Origin: Tubiluchus corallicola
Lineage: Eukaryota; Animalia; Priapulida
DNA: 64,000 nucleotides
Direction of reading: 5' to 3'
Assembly: GCA_030141605.1 (NCBI GenBank)
Contig: JAQGDQ010000728.1
Location: 1-64,000, forward strand
This document shows, piece after piece, positions 1-14,561 of the stretch. The first letter of the stretch is position 1; the number at the start of each line of letters is the position of its first letter. Under the pieces are notes generated by a model, which saw nothing but the letters and a program-made list of their open reading frames with translations, had not been told where the DNA came from and searched no databases. The position numbers and the translations under genes were made by a program.

Positions 1-76
1 GAGGACAGAGAAAGCAAGAGAGAGAGCGAGAAAGAGGGAGAGAGGGAACAGAGAGAGAGAAAGAGAGCGAGAGAGC

Positions 77-108
<32 letters not shown>

Positions 109-151
109 GAAAGAAAGAGAGAGGGAGAAAAAGAGCGAGAGAGAGAGAGAG
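1..151. repeat. Degenerate (GA)n tract, continues off the left edge
   Basis: Purine-rich GA repeat with GCAA/GCGA/GACA variants; starts with the same string as the end of the 2568-3140 tract (gaggacagagaaagcaagagag...), so the ~3 kb tandem array probably extends leftwards. Confidence 0.95.
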
Positions 152-492
152 ATTATTATTATAACTCTTTTATTTAAAAAAGTACCTCATTTTGCAGGCA
201 GTACATAACATTTTACTGTAAATGCACATAATTTTCAGAGCAACTTAGCATAATAATATATGAGTTTCAAAGCAGTTCTAGTTAATATACAAATATACGA
301 AATATGATATTTCTTACGTGTGAGCTGACAAATAGACAGTTGTGATAGAACACACAAAACCAAATTAAGTATTTTACATTGGTAATATCAAAAACTTTTA
401 ATCCACTTAATAATTTGACAAAATCTCTATATTTACAATATTTCGTTCAACTTTTTCAAACAAGTCGCAGATGTTCCTATCTCTTGCAGTAA
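152..492 (-). mobile_element. 3' stub of a non-LTR retrotransposon (family C): ORF2 C-terminus, 3' UTR, hairpin, (TAA)n tail
   Basis: Minus strand 490-407 reads TARDRNICDLFEKVERNIVNIEILSNY*, similar to the family A end KRDKDVCQAYVNIVRDVV. Hairpin at 182-204, then AATAAA and (TAA)n abutting the TC tract. Near-identical copy at 3141-3482. Confidence 0.7.
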
Positions 493-2567
493 ATTATTAT
501 TATTATAAGTCTTTTATTAAATAATGAATACATTGTTTCCTCTCTATTTGCAGGGGTTCGTTTACAAAATACAAATTTACAATAACAAGATTATACATAA
601 TGCCTATTTACAATAAATTTAAAATACATACTTAGTTTACACTATATTATATACAATATAACGATTAACTCAATACCTGTTTTTCTGTGAATATAATTTG
701 AGTTACTTTATAGCAATTTTTTTCGCACAACATCTCTAACAATATTTACATATGCCTGGCAGACATCTTTATCTCTCTTTAGATGAATCTCACTTATGTT
801 GGCTGAGGGCAGAACTTGTCTTATATTTATTCGAAATTGATGGTCTACTAAATCACAGTCAAATATAAGGTGTTCTGGTGTTTGAGGAGTTGCATCATTA
901 CAATGACAGCAATCTGTATTTTGTTCGCCTATTCTATACCGAAATGATTTAGTTCCTCTATTTAGAAGTAAGTTTAATGCAGTTGTTTCAATAAGCCTTT
1001 CATGATGCGTTAGTGGTAGACACAGTGGCGTTAACATAGCTGTTGTGATATTAGTGGTTATACCATCTAGTTGGTTCCTATGTTGAATTCTTCGCCTCCA
1101 TTGTGAGCTTTGAAATTTGATAGACTCTTGTCTGGTGTAGCGTAAATTAATGTACTCCAAGTTACCGAAATTTTCGGTTCTCATATTAAGCCCTTTGCTT
1201 ATTTTTAAGAAAGTTTTTGCCGTAGCCAAATGAGTTTTTACAGGGTGATTATTTGTTCAACGATTTAAAGGCAATGCTTCACAAACAAGTATTTCTTGCT
1301 TAAATTAAGTGAATCCTCATCCGTACAGCTCAAAGTTTTTAATATAAATTTACTGCCTATGCACGAAGAAACTACATCTACTGGAGGCATTCCACAAATA
1401 CATTCAATATCAGATTTCCTGGGATTGTACCCCACCCCCGCCGCAGCTTTCATTACGTCATACCATAAATCATTAAAATCAGTGAGTTTTCTGTTCATCC
1501 AGCTCGGCGCGCCATAAAATATACTTGGCATCGCAACAGATTGGAATAATCTAATAATGGTTGTCATTCTTAAACCTTTATTTTTATAAATTACGTTCTT
1601 GAGTTTAGCCCATTTCTTCCAAGCACTTTGCCTGGCTCTAGAGGTATGGCTATTAAAATTCATACGTTTATCGACAGTAATTCCAAGCATTTTCGTGTTG
1701 TTAACATAATTAATCTCTTTGTTACCAAAACGTAATTTTGGCAAGCTGGGATTTTGATCATTTTCAAAAACAATAGCTTCTGTTTTGTTTAAATTACAGT
1801 TCAACATCTGCCTCCATTTAGAACACCAGGCATGAAGTTTATCACATGACAACTGAGCCAATTCGTAGTATTCATTATTTGTGTTTGCGTACACATAAAC
1901 TGTGCCGTCATCAGCAAATTTAAACTTCACAATATTTCTGTTTTGATCAATTTCACTAAACATATCTGACACATACAGGATAAACAATAGCGGTGACAGG
2001 ACAGATCCCTGTGGTACACCTATGTGACACAACATTTCTTCTGACAAATAATTTTCTGACAAATGGAAATTGAGGAGGGGGTAGTGTTACGAAGGCAGAA
2101 TATGATGCGGATAGGTGTGAAGAGGAAGTGAGGGAGGCTCACGGTCTTCCAAGGATAAACAAAAGAATGTTGTAGGGGTGACACAAGGTGGTGGTGTTAG
2201 AATTAGGTCATCTTGATCCGGAATAATAAGTGAGGAAGGTGAAACGTCACGCTCAGGGTTAGGAGAGGGAGAGGCAGTAACCTGGGTTAATGACTGATTT
2301 TCTTCATTTTCTATCCCAAAATCCAACTGGTCGTAGATTATTGTCTCGCTATTTTCATAGTTGCTCAAAATGGATATCAACTTTTGTGGACTCACGTCCA
2401 TCTCTTCCGACAAAGAGTTTACTTCTTCTCGGGAATCATTAGTTCCATTTCCATCTACAGTAACTGGGAGAGAGCTAAGTTGTTTATTCAGAGTACGTAG
2501 GTGGACTGGGGAGAGGTTGTCTCAAAAAACAATACAGTCATTCTTTAAACAGAAACCACTCTGTGCA
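493..2567 (-). mobile_element. Internally deleted LINE copy A1 (putative ORF1 fragment fused to 3' half of RT + CCHC knuckle)
   Basis: ORF 1265-2062 has RT motifs GVPQGSVLSPLLF, KFADD and LGITVD. ORF 708-1229 has CCHCNDATPQTPEHLIFDC. There is a frameshift between them, and a 3' hairpin and (TAA)n tail at 493-556. The acidic/Pro-rich 2087-2413 ORF is assigned to ORF1 by inference only. Confidence 0.85.
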
Positions 2568-2575
2568 CAGAGAGT

Positions 2576-2617
<42 letters not shown>

Positions 2618-2820
2618 AAGAGAGAAAGAAAGAGAGCGACAGAGAGAGAAGGAGAGAGAAAGCAAGAGAGAGAGAGAGAGCGCGAGGGACAGAGAGAAAG
2701 AGAGAGAAAGCAAGAGAGAGAGAGAGAGAGAGAGAGCAGGAGGGAAAGAGAGAGGGAGCAAGAGAGAGAGAGAGAGAGAGCAAGAGAGAAATAGAGAGAA
2801 AGTAAGAGAGAGAGGAAGAG

Positions 2821-2868
<48 letters not shown>

Positions 2869-3108
2869 TAAGAGAGAGCAAGCGGGAAAGAGAGAGAGGG
2901 AGCAAGAGAGAGAGAGAGAGCAAGAGAGAAAGAGAGAGAGGGAGAGAAAGAGAGAGAAAGCAAGAGAGAGAGAGAGAGAAAGAGAGTAAGAGAGAGAGAG
3001 AGCAAGAGAGAGAGGGAGAGAAATAGAGCAAGAGAGAGGACAGAGAAAGCAAGAGAGAGAGCGAGAAAGAGGGAGAGAGAGAACAGAGAGAGAGAAAGAG
3101 AGCGAGAG

Positions 3109-3140
<32 letters not shown>
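2568..3140. repeat. Degenerate (GA)n tract
   Basis: Direct reading; largely colinear with the first part of 5528-6024. Confidence 0.95.
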
Positions 3141-3145
<5 letters not shown>

Positions 3146-5527
3146 TATTATAACTCTTTTATTTAAAAAAGTACCTCATTTTGCAGGCAGTACATAACAT
3201 TTTACTGTAAATGCACATAATTTTCAGAGCAACTTAGCATAATAATATATGAGTTTCAAAGCAGTTCTAGTTAATATACAAATATACGAAATATGATATT
3301 TCTTACGTGTGAGCTGACAAATAGACAGTTGTGATAGAACACACAAAACCAAATTAAGTATTTTACATTGGTAATATCAAAAAACTTTTAATCCACTTAA
3401 TAATTTGACAAAATCTCTATATTTACAATATTTCGTTCAACTTTTTCAAACAAGTCGCAGATGTTCCTATCTCTTGCAGTAAATTATTATTATTATAAGT
3501 CTTTTATTAAATAATGAATACATTGTTTCCTCTCTATTTGCAGGGGTTCGTTTACAAAATACAAATTTACAATAACAAGATTATACATAATGCCTATTTA
3601 CAATAAATTTAAAATACATACTTAGTTTACACTATATTATATACAATATAACGATTAACTCAATACCTGTTTTTCTGTGAATATAATTTGAGTTACTTTA
3701 TAGCAATTTTTTTCGCACAACATCTCTAACAATATTTACATATGCCTGGCAGACATCTTTATCTCTCTTTAGATGAATCTCACTTATGTTGGCTGAGGGC
3801 AGAACTTGTCTTATATTTATTCGAAATTGATGGTCTACTAAATCACAGTCAAATATAAGGTGTTCTGGTGTTTGAGGAGTTGCATCATTACAATGACAGC
3901 AATCTGTATTTTGTTCGCCTATTCTATACCGAAATGATTTAGTAAGTTTAATGCAGTTGTTTCAATAAGCCTTTCATGATGCGTTAGTGGTAGACACAGT
4001 GGCGTTAACATAGCTGTTGTGATATTAGTGGTTATACCATCTAGTTGGTTCCTATGTTGAATTCTTCGCCTCCATTGTGAGCTTTGAAATTTGATAGACT
4101 CTTGTCTGGTGTAGCGTAAATTAATGTACTCCAAGTTACCGAAATTTTCGGTTCTCATATTAAGCCCTTTCCATATTTTTAAGAAAGTTTTTGCCGTAGC
4201 CAAATGAGTTTTTACAGGGTGATTATTTGTTCAACGATTTAAAGGCAATGCTTCACAAACAAGTATTTCTTGCTTAAATTAAGTGAATCCTCATCCGTAC
4301 AGCTCAAAGTTTTTAATATAAATTTACTGCCTATGCACGAAGAAACTACATCTACTGGAGGCATTCCACAAATACATTCAATATCAGATTTCCTGGGATT
4401 GTACCCCACCCCCGCCGCAGCTTTCATTACGTCATACCATAAATCATCAAAATCAATCGAGTTTTCTGTTCATCCAGCTCGGCGCGCCATAAAATATACT
4501 TGGCATCTCAACAGATTGGAATAATCTAATAATGGTTGTCATTCTTAAACCTTTATTTTTATAAATTACGTTCTTGAGTTTAGCCCATTTCTTCCAAGCA
4601 CTTTGCCTGGCTCTAGAGGTATGGCTATTAAAATTCATACGTTTATCGACAGTAATTCCAAGCATTTTCGTGTTGTTAACATAATTAATCTCTTTGTTAC
4701 CAAAACGTAATTTTGGCAAGCTGGGATTTTGATCATTTTCAAAAACAATAGCTTCTGTTTTGTTTAAATTTCAGTTCAACATCTGCCGCCATTTAGAATA
4801 CCAGGCATTAAGTTTATCACATGACAACTGAGCCAATTCGTAGTATTCATTATTTGTGTTTGCGTACACATAAACTGTGCCGTCATCAGCAAATTTAAAC
4901 TTCAAAATATTTCTGTTTTGATCAATTTCACTAAACATATCTGACACATACAGGATAAACAATAGCGGTGACAGGACAGATCCCTGTGGTACACCTATGT
5001 GACACAACATTTCTTCTGACAAATGGAAATTGAGGAGGGGGTAGTGTTACGAAGGCAGAATATGATGCGGATAGGTGTGAAGAGGAAGTGAGGGAGGCTC
5101 ACGGTCTTCCAAGGATAAACAAAAGAATGTTGTAGGGGTGACACAAGGTGGTGGTGTTAGAATTAGGTCATCTTGATCCGGAATAATAAGTGAGGAAGGT
5201 GAAACGTCACGCTCAGGGTTAGGAGAGGGAGAGGCAGTAACCTGGGTTAATGACTGATTTTCTTCATTTTCTATCCCAAAATCCAACTGGTCGTAGATTA
5301 TTGTCTCGCTATTTTCATGGTTGCTCAAAATGGATATCAACTTTTGTGGACTCACGTCCATCTCTTCCGACAAAGAGTTTACTTCTTCTCGGGAATCATT
5401 AGTTCCATTTCCATCTACAGTAACTGGGAGAGAGCTAAGTTGTTTATTCAGAGTACGTAGGTGGACTGGGGAGAGGTTGTCTCAAAAAACAATACAGTCA
5501 TTCTTTAAACAGAAACCACTCTGTGCA
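3141..5527 (-). mobile_element. Tandem duplicate of the C-stub + A unit (A2), period 2989 bp at the left end, further frameshifted
   Basis: Near-identical to 152-2567. Carries an extra ~13 bp deletion near 3942 and indels near 4455 and 4770 that break the RT ORF into 4771-5022, 4453-4719, 4239-4427 and 3919-4203. Confidence 0.9.
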
Positions 5528-6570
<1,043 letters not shown>

Positions 6571-6587
6571 AGAGAGAGAAAGCAAGA

Positions 6588-6640
<53 letters not shown>

Positions 6641-6974
6641 GCAGAGAGAAAGAGGGAGAGAGAGATAGAGAAGGAGAGGCAGAGAGAGAGGGAGAGAGAG
6701 AGAGAGCAAGGGAGAGAGAAAGAGAGAGAGACAGAGAGCAAGGGAGCGAGAGAGAGAGAGAGGTGAGAGAGAGAGAGAGCAAGAGAGAGAGAGGGAGAGA
6801 GAGAAAGAGAGAGGAGAGAGAAAAAGTGGGCGAGAGAAAGAGAGAGGAGAGAGAGAAAGAGAGAGGATGGAGAAAGCAAGAGGGATAGTAACAGAGAGAG
6901 CGAGGCAGAGAGAAAGAGAGAGGATAGAGAAAGCAAGAGGGAGAGCAAGAGAGAGAGAGAGCGAAAAAGAGGGT

Positions 6975-7013
<39 letters not shown>

Positions 7014-7453
7014 AAAGAGAGCAAGACAGAGAAAGCGAGAGAGAGAAAGAGAGGAGAGAGAAAGCAAGAGAGAGAGCAAGAAAGAGAGAGAGGGGGAGAG
7101 AGAAAGCAAGAGAGAGAGAGCGCGAAAAAGAAAGAGAGAGAAAGAAAGAGGATACAGAAAGCAAGAAAGAAAGAGAGCAAGAGAGCGAGAGAGAGGGGGG
7201 AGGGAGAAAGAGAGGAAAGAGGAAGCAAGAGTGCGAAAAAGAGGGAGAGTGAAAGAAAGAGAGGCAGAGAAAGAGAGAGAGAGAAAGGGAGCAAGAGAGA
7301 GAGAAAGAGAGCCAGATAGAGGGAGAAAGAGAGCGAGAGAGAGAGTAAGAGAGAAAGAGAGCCAGAGAGAGAGAGAAAGAGAGCGAGAGAGAGAGTAAGA
7401 GAGAAAGAGAGAGAGAGAGAGAGAGACTCAGTGAGAAAGAGAATGAGAGAGAG
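6571..7453. repeat. Long degenerate (GA)n tract
   Basis: Direct reading; explains all the SLSL/ERER ORFs here. Confidence 0.95.
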
Positions 7454-10030
7454 ATTTTTATTATTATTATTATAACTCTATTTTATTATATATATTAACA
7501 TAAATACATATATAATATACATAAAGTCCCTCTATTTGCAGGGACCAGTATGAGCATTATTATAATAAGTTAGAAAATAAATAAAATTATCCCTTTTAAT
7601 ATCACTGGTGACTATGATAACAGTAAAACACTTGTGCACAAAAACATATCAACAACTACAAGCAACATAGCTAGATTTACATTTAACTTTATATTTACCT
7701 AATTTTATAAATAACTCTTACTTTTATATTTTCATTACAGGTAGCAATCTAAGTATTATAAAATGACAGTAACTGGACTTCACATTTTTAAAAATAAACT
7801 CCACGTTTTTTCGGCTACATTTTGCTCTTTAGCTTTTTTAACAATTTCTACAAACGCATTAATAGCATTTCTACTTCTTATTCTGTATATATCTTTAAGT
7901 TGCCTAGATGGAAGTGCAGTTTCAAGTTTCCTTCTGAGTTCGTCTTTTATTAGAGGACAGTTAAAAATTATATGTTCTGGCGTTTGGCTGTTTGCATTGC
8001 ATTTACACATATCAGTTTCTATCAGACCAATTCTGTTGCTAAATTCATTACAACCTCTCCCTAATAATCAGTTGAAATCAATAGTTTCAATAACACGTTC
8101 ATTTTGTGTTATTTGCAGATCTAAAGGTTTTGCGCAAACTTTAACTTCTTCAAAAGGGTTTCCAGCTAACTGGTTGCAATGCAACAGTTTTCTTTTCCAT
8201 AGTAACTTCAAGAATTTTCGACATTCTTTCTTTGTGTATTTTAGATTGTCTTGTGGAATTGACTGTAACATTTCATTTCGATTTGCGTTTAGACCTTTAA
8301 TGGTTTTTAAGAATAATCTAGTCTTATTTAGCTGTTCTGCCAGAAAAAGGTTGCAATATTCAGCACTGATGTAATTCTCATCCGCCTTAATTAGTTCTTT
8401 TCTGACTAAGTCATCTGCAGATAAAGTAAGTAATTTCAAAACTGACTTAACAGATAAAACAGAATAAATAACATCCATTGATGGTAGTCCTGCAATTAAT
8501 TCAGTTTCAATTCTTGAAGGATTAAAACCTACTCCTGTTGCCGTTTTTAACACATCATATAGTATATCATCAAAAGCCGTGATGTTCTTTGCTAACCAAG
8601 CTATCGAGGCGTACAAAATCGTTGGAAGTACCATGATATTAAAAAGTCTCAAAATTGTCTTCATATGCAAACCTTTGTGCCGGAAACAAAACTGCTTTAT
8701 CTGGTGCCACGTTTTCCACGCCTTTTTCCTGGTATCTAGCATGTGAGCATTAAAGTTTAATTGATTGTCCACTGTGACACCCAGCACTTTGCTTTTTCTT
8801 ACATAATCAATAGGATTATTTCCAAATTTGATGTTTGGTGGGTCTGGTTCCCAATTCGAAATTTTTGAGTTATTGTACAAAATGGTTTCATTTTTGTTTT
8901 TGGCACAGTTTATGTTCATCCGCCACTTCTTACACCAAGTGTACAGTTTATCACAACATTTTTGTGCTTTTAAATAACATTCATAGTTTGTGTCAGCTGT
9001 GATTAGCAAAGAACCATCATCTGCATATTTAAATTTTTTACAACATAATTCATCATCTATTGATTCAAACATGTCAATAACATACAACAAAAACAGTAAT
9101 GGTGACAAGACGGAACCTTGTGGGAGACCCAACTGACAATTGTACTTTGGAGATGTATGACCATTAATACGTAAGACAATATTCCTATTTTTTAAAAATG
9201 TACTAATAAGACGCAACATGTTTCCTTTAATACCATATTGATACAACTTGTACAATAGCCCATTTATCCAAATACTATCTAAAGCTTTTTGAAATGCAAT
9301 GCAGCTTGTTTTAAGCAAATTTGTTCTAGCCAGGTTAGAAATAAGCCTGACCGAGAAGCGTACTGTACTGTGTCTGGGCCTGAAGCCTTCTTGCTCATCA
9401 TCAATAATGATATATGCATTGCAAAATTGTCTTACGCGATTTTCAAGAAGCTTTTTGTGCTAGTTTTCCATAGTAGGAGGTAATGCTAATAGGTCTATAA
9501 TTATTAGGGTCACTATAATCGGTTCTTGCCATTCTTTTTAATAAATGTGACCTTTGAGTCATTCCATGGCCAAATATTGCTGTCTAAGCAAATGTTGACT
9601 ATATTGAGAAAAGTGGCTTTACCCCAAAATCTCATGTTTTTTATCATTAGCGGGTGAAATCTATGAATGTCTATGCTCTTGTTATTTGTTTTAACACTTT
9701 TTATCGCATTATTTAGTTCCCTCATATTAAACCTATCATTAAGCCATGTATGTTCCACATTTATTTGTTGATCAATTTAGTTGATCAATTATTTGTTGAC
9801 TCACTTTATTACCTAATTTTGTTAATTGACTAGACCAGAAAGGTTTGCTAAGTTTTGTTATCATTTTCTTATTTAGTGCTTCTTCGTTTGCATTTTCTAT
9901 GAGCTTTCGAAGCTGTGCCCAAGCACTCTGAACATCTTTGGCCTGAATAAGTTGATCTAGTTCATAAAACTGTTCTCTTACTTTACGTTCCAGAACACCT
10001 GACCATCTGTACCAGTCACTATTCTTGAGG
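7454..10030 (-). mobile_element. 5'-truncated LINE copy B1 (post-endonuclease linker, RT, CCHC, 3' UTR)
   Basis: KPFWSSQL linker, GLPQGSVLSPLLF, KYADD, CKCNANSQTPEHIIFNC. Perfect hairpin gtccct-ctatttgc-agggac at 7526-7545 and a (TAA)n tail. Frameshifted, with an internal deletion near 9790 relative to B2. Confidence 0.9.
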
Positions 10031-10061
10031 AAGAGAGAGAGAGCAATGGAGTGAGAGAGAC

Positions 10062-10097
<36 letters not shown>

Positions 10098-10107
10098 AAG
10101 AGAGCGA

Positions 10108-10138
<31 letters not shown>

Positions 10139-10405
10139 GAGAGAGAAAGCAAGAGAGAGAGAGAGAGAGCAAGAGAGAGAGCGAGAGGGGGAGAGAGGGA
10201 GAGAGAGCAAGAAAGAGAGAGGAAGAGAGACAGAAAGAGAGTAAGAGAGAGACAGAAACAGAAAGAAAGAGAACAGAGAGAGAGAGGGAGAGAGCGAAAA
10301 ACAGGGAATAATTTTAATTTATTAATTAGAGAGAGAGAGAGAGAGAGAAGGAGAGAGAGAGAGAGAGAGAGAGAAAAAAAGGGAGAGAGAGAGAGAAAAA
10401 GAGGG
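10031..10405. repeat. Degenerate (GA)n tract
   Basis: Direct reading. Confidence 0.9.
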
Positions 10406-10539
10406 AGCGATTATTCTATTGATATAAGTTGGCCAAGGAAATGCAGTGCAGGAAAGTAACCAAGTAAAAGACAATTTTAGATAAAAACAAAAAAAAATCT
10501 CAGTAACCCTAAGTTTTTTTATCATTGTTCATTGATCCA

Positions 10540-10928
10540 CAACTGTAACAGTGCAGGATTAGCAGTAAACGCAATGACTAGAGCAGCAGGAAGTGCGACA
10601 GGAAAAGCAATGACAACTATAGCAACAATGACAATGTCAAAAACAAGAATAACAGCAACAGCATAAGCAACAGCAGCCGCAGCACCATCATCAATAACAG
10701 AAACATTAGCAGCCACAATGACAACGACAATAACTGCAGTTAAAACAACAACAGCACCAGCAACAGCAATAACATCGTCAAGAATGACAATGACAAGAAA
10801 AACACCAGAAGCAACAAGGGCAACGACAGTACCACATGCTATAAGAACTGCAGCCGTAGCAACAATAATCACAACTACAACAAAAACCACTACGACCACA
10901 GCAGCAGTCAGCAACAACAACAACAACA

Positions 10929-10988
<60 letters not shown>

Positions 10989-10992
10989 ACAT

Positions 10993-11057
<65 letters not shown>

Positions 11058-11760
11058 GCTACTACTACTACTACTACTAGTACTACTACTACTACTACTA
11101 CTACTACTGTTGATGTTACAAAATTGACGACAATAACAACAAAAGTGGCAGCAGCAGCAGCAACAGCAACTACTAAAATGCCAACAGCAACATCAACATT
11201 ATCACCAGCAATGACAACAGCAGCAACAACATCAATGACAATGACAAGAACAAAATCAGTAGCAACAAGGGCAACAACAGTGCCACATGCTACAACAACA
11301 GCAGCAGTAGCAACAATAATGACAACTACAACAAAAACAACCATGGTCACAGCATCAGTAGCAACAATAAGAAAGTAGCCACAGGAGCAGTAACAACAAC
11401 AACAATGGTAACTACAACAACAATAACCAAAACTACAATTACAACAACAAAAGTGGCAGCAGGAGCAACATCAGTAGCAACAACAGCAAAAGCAAATACA
11501 GCAGCAATAACCACGGCAATAGTGTAAAGAGCACCACAGTGTGGCACCAACAATTATAACTACAACAACAATAATCAAAACTGCAATTGCAACTACTGTG
11601 GAAACAACAGCAGCAAAAACAAAAACAACAACAACTACAGCAACAACAATATAAAACCACAAACATGACAACAACACCAGGTAAAGGAAACGGCAACAAC
11701 AACAACAACAGCAATTGCAGCAGCAACAACATGCATGGTGATGATGTTGTTGATGACAAC
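10540..11760. repeat. Compound/degenerate trinucleotide region (ACA/GCA; pure CAA, CTG, CTA runs at 10912-11108)
   Basis: Direct reading; an internal diverged duplication (about 10720-10910 vs 11125-11350); the first part is duplicated at 30745-31135. Confidence 0.9.
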
Positions 11761-11989
11761 GATTTGTCTAAACAAAACAAATTACAAACATATAAATACA
11801 TCAATCCAGCTATTTACAAACAAAATACCCGGAAAATTAATATATTGTTAGATTATGTTGAGAACGTAATGATAGTGTCAGAATCAAAAATATAATTACG
11901 AACAGTTCTGCCAACAAAATTCAATTAAAGTTATCATAATTATTATATTTTCAGCAATATAAATATATACGATGGTGCCAAGCCCGCAA

Positions 11990-13130
11990 TAATTAATTAG
12001 ATTTGTATTTATTTTAGTTAATTTTGAGACTGAAATTTATGTAGAAGATTAATTAATATTATGATAATCTTGATGTCAAGATTATTATTAATGATGTTAA
12101 AAATCCACAATTAATAATTACAATTTTATACTAAACTTTAAAGACAAGAACTGTTGGAATGCAGTCTGGATTTGAACCAGGACCTGGTGGTTACATTGCG
12201 CACACCTCGACCACTAGACGACCACATTTCAACGGGTCAAGTTCATTCCTTATATCTAACCAACCAAATGGAACAATTCTAATGTTAGATCACTCACACT
12301 ACAGTGATTTTAACTAATTATATTCATTTCTCATATCACTTCATTTTTGCAACATTGATTTGAATCAGGGACCATTTGCTTTTCTTGCATAGCAGACGCC
12401 TTAGAGAAGCTTATAATATATAGATCATCAGGCCGCCCCATTTCTAGTGGTCAAGGTAGTCACACAGTTCATCCTTTATAGTTACTTTTCACTACAAACG
12501 AAATTCAGCATTTCAGGTTTTATGCTGCTCACACAAGAATGATTCTCATTAATTAGATTTGTTTTTTGTTCAGATTAATTTGAACCTGACATGTACATGG
12601 GTGATAAAATAATTAATATGATCTTAATGTCAATATTATTATTAATGATCCTGCAATTCCACAATTAACTAAATTTTAACACCAAACTTGAAAGACAGGA
12701 TAAGTTGGAATGCAGTGTGGATTTGAACCGGAAATCTACTGTTTACATTGCAGGTTTCTCACACCACCACTTTCTTAGTGGTCAAGGCAATCCAAAATTC
12801 TTCCCTTGTAGTTAGTTTTAACTAGCCAACCGAATTCGTCATTTCGAATTGTCAGATCGCTCACACTAGTGATTTTAACAAATTAGATTTATATTTTATT
12901 TTTTTAAATTTTGAACCTGAAATTTCCGTAGATGATATATTAATTATTATAATATTGACGTCAAAATTATTATTAACGATGTTACAAGCCTACAAATAAT
13001 GCAATTTTCATACAAAACATAAATAACAGGAAATATGAAAATGTTGGTAGCGCAATCTAGATTTGAACCAGAAACTTTCAATCTGTTTAAGTTGCAGACG
13101 CCATAGAACACTTAGCTACCGCATTCCCAA
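11990..13130 (-). repeat. Tandem array of ~330-560 bp degenerate units with tRNA-like Pol III heads
   Basis: Minus strand at ~12225-12165 reads gtggtcgtctagtgg...ggttcaaatcc (A-box, B-box). Similar B-boxes at ~12360, ~12720 and ~13060, with a shared AT-rich spacer at 12030/12590/12920. Confidence 0.6.
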
Positions 13131-13407
13131 TATTACAATGTTGAATGTGGTTGGCCAGCTACAAAGGAGATGAATCTTGAAAGTATGAAACCTCACCAAT
13201 AACATGAGTAAAACAGAATCGCAAAATCACGGAATTTGCCAAACAACATCTGGCGCAGGCAAACAGTTATTTTTCTCACAAGTATTTATTAGCCACAAAA
13301 CAAACTTAAAAGTAAAGAGAACCTGTTAAAATATGCCAAATGTCAAATAATTATGCTAAGAAGAGTATTCATGAAGCCAAGCCAAATAAGGAAATCTTAA
13401 GGAGTGG

Positions 13408-13651
13408 TGTCACGTGACGACGTGGGCGTAGAACTGGCCCATTTGTCAGACTGCCGTGACACCAGCTAGCAGGAGAGCTGGGTAACACTTCATACTTACA
13501 CACAGGACGTCTTGTAGATCATGGGCCTTGGCATTGCTATACATTTATTATATTGTGATGTTATTTAATAAAAGTGTTATTTCGAAAAACAGAGTCTTAA
13601 TAGCTTTGCCATTACTCAAACGTTCATAAACAACTACACACATCGCTTACA
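13408..13651 (+). mobile_element. Putative LTR (Gypsy-like) with upstream purine tract
   Basis: TGTCACG...GCTTACA ends, internal AATAAA (13567), preceded by AAGGAGTGG. Upstream KITEFAKQHLAQAN resembles a post-integrase segment (inference). Confidence 0.5.
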
Positions 13652-14561
13652 CACGTACTACCACTATACAACCAACCTAGTAATTTTACTCTTAAATCGT
13701 CACTGTTTACTTCTAGAAAAACTGATTCCAGAAACCTCGTTATCAGGGGAATAGTAGTATCTGGAAGGGAGAGCTCAGGCCTTAAACAAGGAAGCAGCCA
13801 TCCCACGATGGTTATAGTAATAAAACTATAAACAAACCATGCCGTTTTTAAATAACCAATGCTGTGAGAAAACTAGTTGACATCGTGAACCACTTTCAAA
13901 AGTCGCCCAACAGCTAATAAAAACGCATGCAGTAGTATTGTTAGAATAGTTATCTTGCAACCTTTGTTTCTGCAGATGAATCTGCCCTTAGTGTATCAAT
14001 TTCTTACATATAACCTGCAGACTTCACGAGTGTGACATGACCTGGAGACCGCGTTATCTATAGGAAGGTTCGGTGCACAAAGCAAAACTAGGAAACTAGT
14101 GTGTACTTTGCTTGCGAGCAAAATTTGCTTATAATTTTGGATAATTACCAGCGTACGTTGTAAGGACATGTTATTTTAAGTTGCACATGCTCGACTTTTT
14201 TGTGCTATTGGCATATTATTTGCAAACAGCTTTCTTTACACATTGTCATTTAATGTCATTTTGTAGTTGATTACTGTAAGTTGTGCTGGAAAACGTAAAA
14301 AACAAATAAGCTTGAAAAATTACAGTTTTGCTTAAATTTTTGGCGTGAAGGTAATTATTATGCAGCGAAATGTATCAAACTTCGCGTTAAAAATCCAGAT
14401 TTATTGACGCACAGCTCTGCATTGAATCAGATGACAAAATGTTGGATCTATGTTAAGACATACAAATGTTACACAATTTTGTTAAATAATAATTGTTAAG
14501 CTACCTTTTGCGTGCATATTTTTCTCGTGTATATTTTTCGAGCAATTAAGTTATTTGCCTC

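Noticed and set aside
7763-8374. 203 aa plus-strand ORF
   Set aside because: Antisense shadow of the LINE B ORF2.
10522-11895. Poly-V/T/A/C/Y ORFs as mucin or membrane proteins (also 43961-44537, 53328-53862)
   Set aside because: Trinucleotide microsatellites; no splice or domain support.
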